From Owenia fusiformis (lineage: Eukaryota), in assembly GCA_903813345.2 (NCBI GenBank), contig CAIIXF020000001.1, forward strand, positions 23,560,001-23,624,000: a stretch of DNA of 64,000 nucleotides. Direction: 5' to 3'. The stretch's first letter is position 1. The number at the start of each line of letters is the position of its first letter. This document shows, in pieces, positions 60,251 through 64,000 of this stretch. The notes beneath the pieces were generated by a model. The model searched no databases, was not told the origin of the DNA, and was given only the letters and a program-made list of their open reading frames with translations. Position numbers and translations under genes: made by a program.

Positions 60251-60854
60251 GTGAGTATCAGATTGAATTTATATTATTTCAACTGACCCTTATTTAAAAT
60301 GGCATAGTATCGACAAAACAAATATAAATGATATGTTTTTGATATTGTTGCAATGTAGTATCATAGAACTCGGGCAAAGGTCTCTTTTTCTAAGGCATTC
60401 ACAAATCTTTTATTGAATATATCACTTTTAGTAAATGTAGATAAATGTTGCTACATGATCAATGTTCTGGTTTATTTCAAGAATATTATTTATCATATTT
60501 TAGTGTACAATTTATGTATTCTGATCCTGTTTTATACCATATGCCATTGAGATAAAATACACCTTCTAAATATTCTAAAATATGTCTGTGATATTTAACA
60601 TTTTTGACCTATTATAATTTTATGTTTTCTTTAACTCTTTCCCCTATTATTTGTATAAGTTACAAACAAAACAGAATCCTTCGGCATAATTTGGAAAAAT
60701 GGATTTTACTGTTACTTTGTTCATGGATATTGATCAATAGCGATCTATGTCATAAAGTATATTTTTTTGTATGAAGGAAATAAAGCAATACAATACACTA
60801 TATAATATGTAGTAAAAATGGTTGTTTAATGAATATCTCAATTATCATTGTTAG

Positions 60855-60863
60855 AACTCTGAG
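60855..60863 (+). CDS. Candidate 9-nt ESYT microexon (NSE)
   Basis: cattgttag|AACTCTGAG|gtaagc; phase 0-0; strong donor. Confidence 0.35.
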
Positions 60864-62300
60864 GTAAGCGCAAATTGAGTTCATTTATTTACATTTATTT
60901 GCACATGTGTTTAAATGCTTTTGTTGATTGATTGTTACCACTCAGGCTTATAACAAGTTTGGAAAGGTTTGGCAGTTTTTAAATATCAAGTTTGTGATTA
61001 AGACCCTACCCTGAATGCAGAATTCCCTCACATTTTAGTTATGTTTCACATTGGGCAAAGTGGCATTGTCAGTGGTTCATTCTCCAAATATGTTCTTATA
61101 GTATAGTAATTCATGGGATCTTTACTGTACCTGGAGGTTTTGTCACTAGCCTGGAATATATAAGAAGTTGTTATACCTAGGGAGGGATTTTATAATGGGT
61201 ATATCCCAAGGGATATGATATCTTTCTGAAGGACCAAGGGAAGATATCATATCACAAGTAATGATGCAATATGAAAAATGAATCAATGATAACATGATTT
61301 TGGAATAACACATTAAAGCACTATTTTATTAATGTTTTCACACTTAACTGATGAGTGATGTTCTACAGAAATGTTATAAAACCTTTTAGTTTGATTTAAG
61401 TTATCATTATTTCAACAATATGATTGTCCATACGATAGTACAAATACATATAAGAACTTTACTAAAAGAATAAATTAACATGGTGAAAATTTGGGTTAAT
61501 TTTGGAAGAATGCATGATGATATCAATTTTGGAAATATGGCGTTGTTCTTTTCAAAGAGCTGTTACAATACTCCTAATATCATAGTGATCATAATATAAA
61601 AGTCCATATAACTTTACGGGAATATATATCACAGGATAGTGACATAAACAATGTATATGACATACCTTTTAAGTTAATTGATTAAAACTTATTACCCACT
61701 TGGTTTATTTGACAGGGGTGTTGATTCTATTCTGTTATAAGACCCCATCATTCTTCATCCCATACTTTGTATTCAGGGAGATGGCCTTTTTTAATGCTTT
61801 TAACCACTGATTGATAGTGGTACCATGTAATAGATGGACTGGTATCCAAATTCGATAAAATAACTAATTATACATTACTCTCCAACTGCATCGGTTCATC
61901 TTCTTTATACCCATCAATATCCAGCTGATCCATTTAATGGACATATTATTGATATGATCAATTCTTTGCATATTTTAATTAAACATATTTTACCATGGTT
62001 TAAAAATTCGAGACACATATGCATATACATTTTTGAAAAAAAAATTAATTAAAAATACATTATACAATGTATTACTACTTTTGGCGTACTATACACATTG
62101 CAAAACACATTTACAGATCTCGTTTCAACAAATTCCAACATTCATTTTCTAACCACAGATGTAAAGCTGGAAGATGAACCTAGTGTGCCATGAGAGAATG
62201 ATTTTAAAGTTAGATATTCTGAGTTGATTAATTATCCAAACGATTACTAATTATTACTACATTTTAGATGTTTTGCATTCACATATATTTGGTCATCTAA

Positions 62301-63108
62301 CCCCCCTATCACACCAAACTAGTTCTTACCCGTTCTTGCCAGTCCTACGGAAACGTCGTAAAACGGGCTCAATCTGGCTGTAGTCGGGAAATATGTCTAA
62401 AATAATTAGCTACTTCGTTCATAAGCAGTCTTCAATACGTCCATCTCATTCGCAGTTTGTTCAGGTCGCACCACGTCGGTGTGCAACGTCGTATAACGCG
62501 TCCCTTAGTCTAGAAGGTCATCATGACCTGATTACAGAACGGTATGGTCGCCATCGAATTTTGAATCGATTCAAAATTCTAAATCACATTCCCTGTCGGG
62601 GAAAGTCCATGAATTCGTAAACAGACCGTAGAATGTTGTAGCTACGTTCATTCAGTTCCCACACAGTCTAAAACCGATTCGGCAACGTTTTGAAGAACGC
62701 AGTGACAACTGGTTCTGGTGTGATAGCTATTTTTGTTAATTCGTTCATAAGCTACAAATGGACTTGATTGGGGGTACTCACGACTGCAATTTACGCCTGA
62801 CTACACAACGTCGTAATACGTCTCTAGTAGGATTGAAGTATGACACTTCCGTTCGTAGTGTGTCCCCAGTGCGTCCAGGTCGTCTTAAGTATGTTGTCAC
62901 TCGTTCTGATTGAAGAACGTGACATTCACTAGAAAATTTTGAGCATGCTCTAAGTTCTGGAGGACCTACTCGTTCGAGTAGTTTCATGAAGTTTGTAAAC
63001 AGATCCCAAAGGGTTCTTAGTGGGTTCTTAGTACGTCAAATCCGTTCATGCACAGTTTAAGCCTGTTTTCGAGAACGTAGTGAGAACTAGTTTGGTGTGA
63101 TAGTAGGG
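62301..63108. mobile_element. PIF/Harbinger-like MITE
   Basis: TIR CCC(CC/TA)CTATCACACCAAACTAGTTCT; flanks TAA and TTA; CpG-rich interior. Confidence 0.75.
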
Positions 63109-63459
63109 TTAGTGAATTTCTATGGATTTTTATACTGTCAAGATAGAAGTACATGTATTAAAAATATGTAAAAACTACCCCTGTGTGTTGATTTTATATC
63201 AAATGATTGTTATATTTATTAAAAGGAGTGTTCATGGTTTGAAGTGAGTTTTAAGACTCTTCAATCTATATTTTTGCAAAAATGGACATGTATTGTCATT
63301 TTTTAACTTGATGCTTTTCATGTAAAGCTCTAATTGTTGTGTATCTGTTCAATGTAGATGTATTTTCATGTGTTTTCTTGGAGAAGGTTTTAAATGGTTG
63401 CTAATAAATATTACATGTATGTGTTTTTAATATCTGGAATATATTCCAAATATTTAATA

Positions 63460-64000
63460 CAGGGTGAGCAAAAAAAGCATGACCCAAACAAATGTTGATT
63501 CAACTCAATCATCCATCATGTCATTTGGCAAAACTCAACCAATGTTCGATGTTCTTTCATTCTACCAAGTTTCATGGGTCTCCCAATTGTCATGGTTCTA
63601 TGGCATTTTTACAAAATGTGCTCTAAATATGCTGAAACATGCCAAATTCACCAGATATGAACCCCAAGACTTGTGTCTATTTCAAAGAAATGTCTACACT
63701 AACAACCCTAGAAGCATCAGAGAGTTGAAACAAGAAGTGAGAAGGAAGATGAGAGTCATAACATAAGATATCTGCGAGCGTGTAGTCAGAATAACTTCAC
63801 CGATGCATTCGAGTTTGCCTCCAGAGATGAGACTGGCATTTTGAGCATGTCTTGTAAAATGGCCATAAATCATGACCACTTGACTAACATCAATGAAACT
63901 TAATAGAGTGAAAGAACATTGAACACATTTCAATTGTGCCAAATATGACCTTAAACCCATGCTGAATGAAGTTACATATATTAACATTTGTTTGGGTTAC
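63460..64000 (+). mobile_element. Tc1/mariner relic, truncated by the window edge
   Basis: TA|CAGGGTGAGCAAAAAAA start; decayed SPDMNPQD...VYTNNPRSIRELKQEV...HFEHVL transposase C-terminus. Confidence 0.75.

Overview
AT-rich, intron-dense animal genomic DNA, probably from a marine invertebrate (lophotrochozoan-like; the taxon is inferred, not proven). Two multi-exon genes sit head-to-head across a ~0.6 kb CpG-richer gap. DYNC2I1/WDR60 (dynein-2 intermediate chain) is on the minus strand from 27984 and runs off the left edge; about 30 exons were traced with consistent phases, including one GC-AG intron. An extended synaptotagmin (ESYT; TM-SMP-C2A-C2B...) is on the plus strand from 28589 and runs off the right edge. 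Each host gene carries an antisense nested gene whose CDS has no introns. In WDR60 it is a 408-aa protein with an N-terminal TIR domain fused to what looks like a TMEM268/DUF4481-like membrane domain (8104-9330), the most unusual item in the window. In ESYT it is an FMRFamide/Srw-like class A GPCR (50040-51368). ESYT intron 1 holds an intact, very young Ty3/Gypsy LTR retrotransposon (29843-35011). The introns also hold many non-autonomous DNA elements (hAT, Tc1/mariner, PIF, MULE, Helentron-like, and a CAC-ended element with a 5-bp TSD), two tiny 7-bp-TSD palindromes resembling P-superfamily excision footprints, and several minisatellites. All homology calls come from motif recognition; no searches were run.
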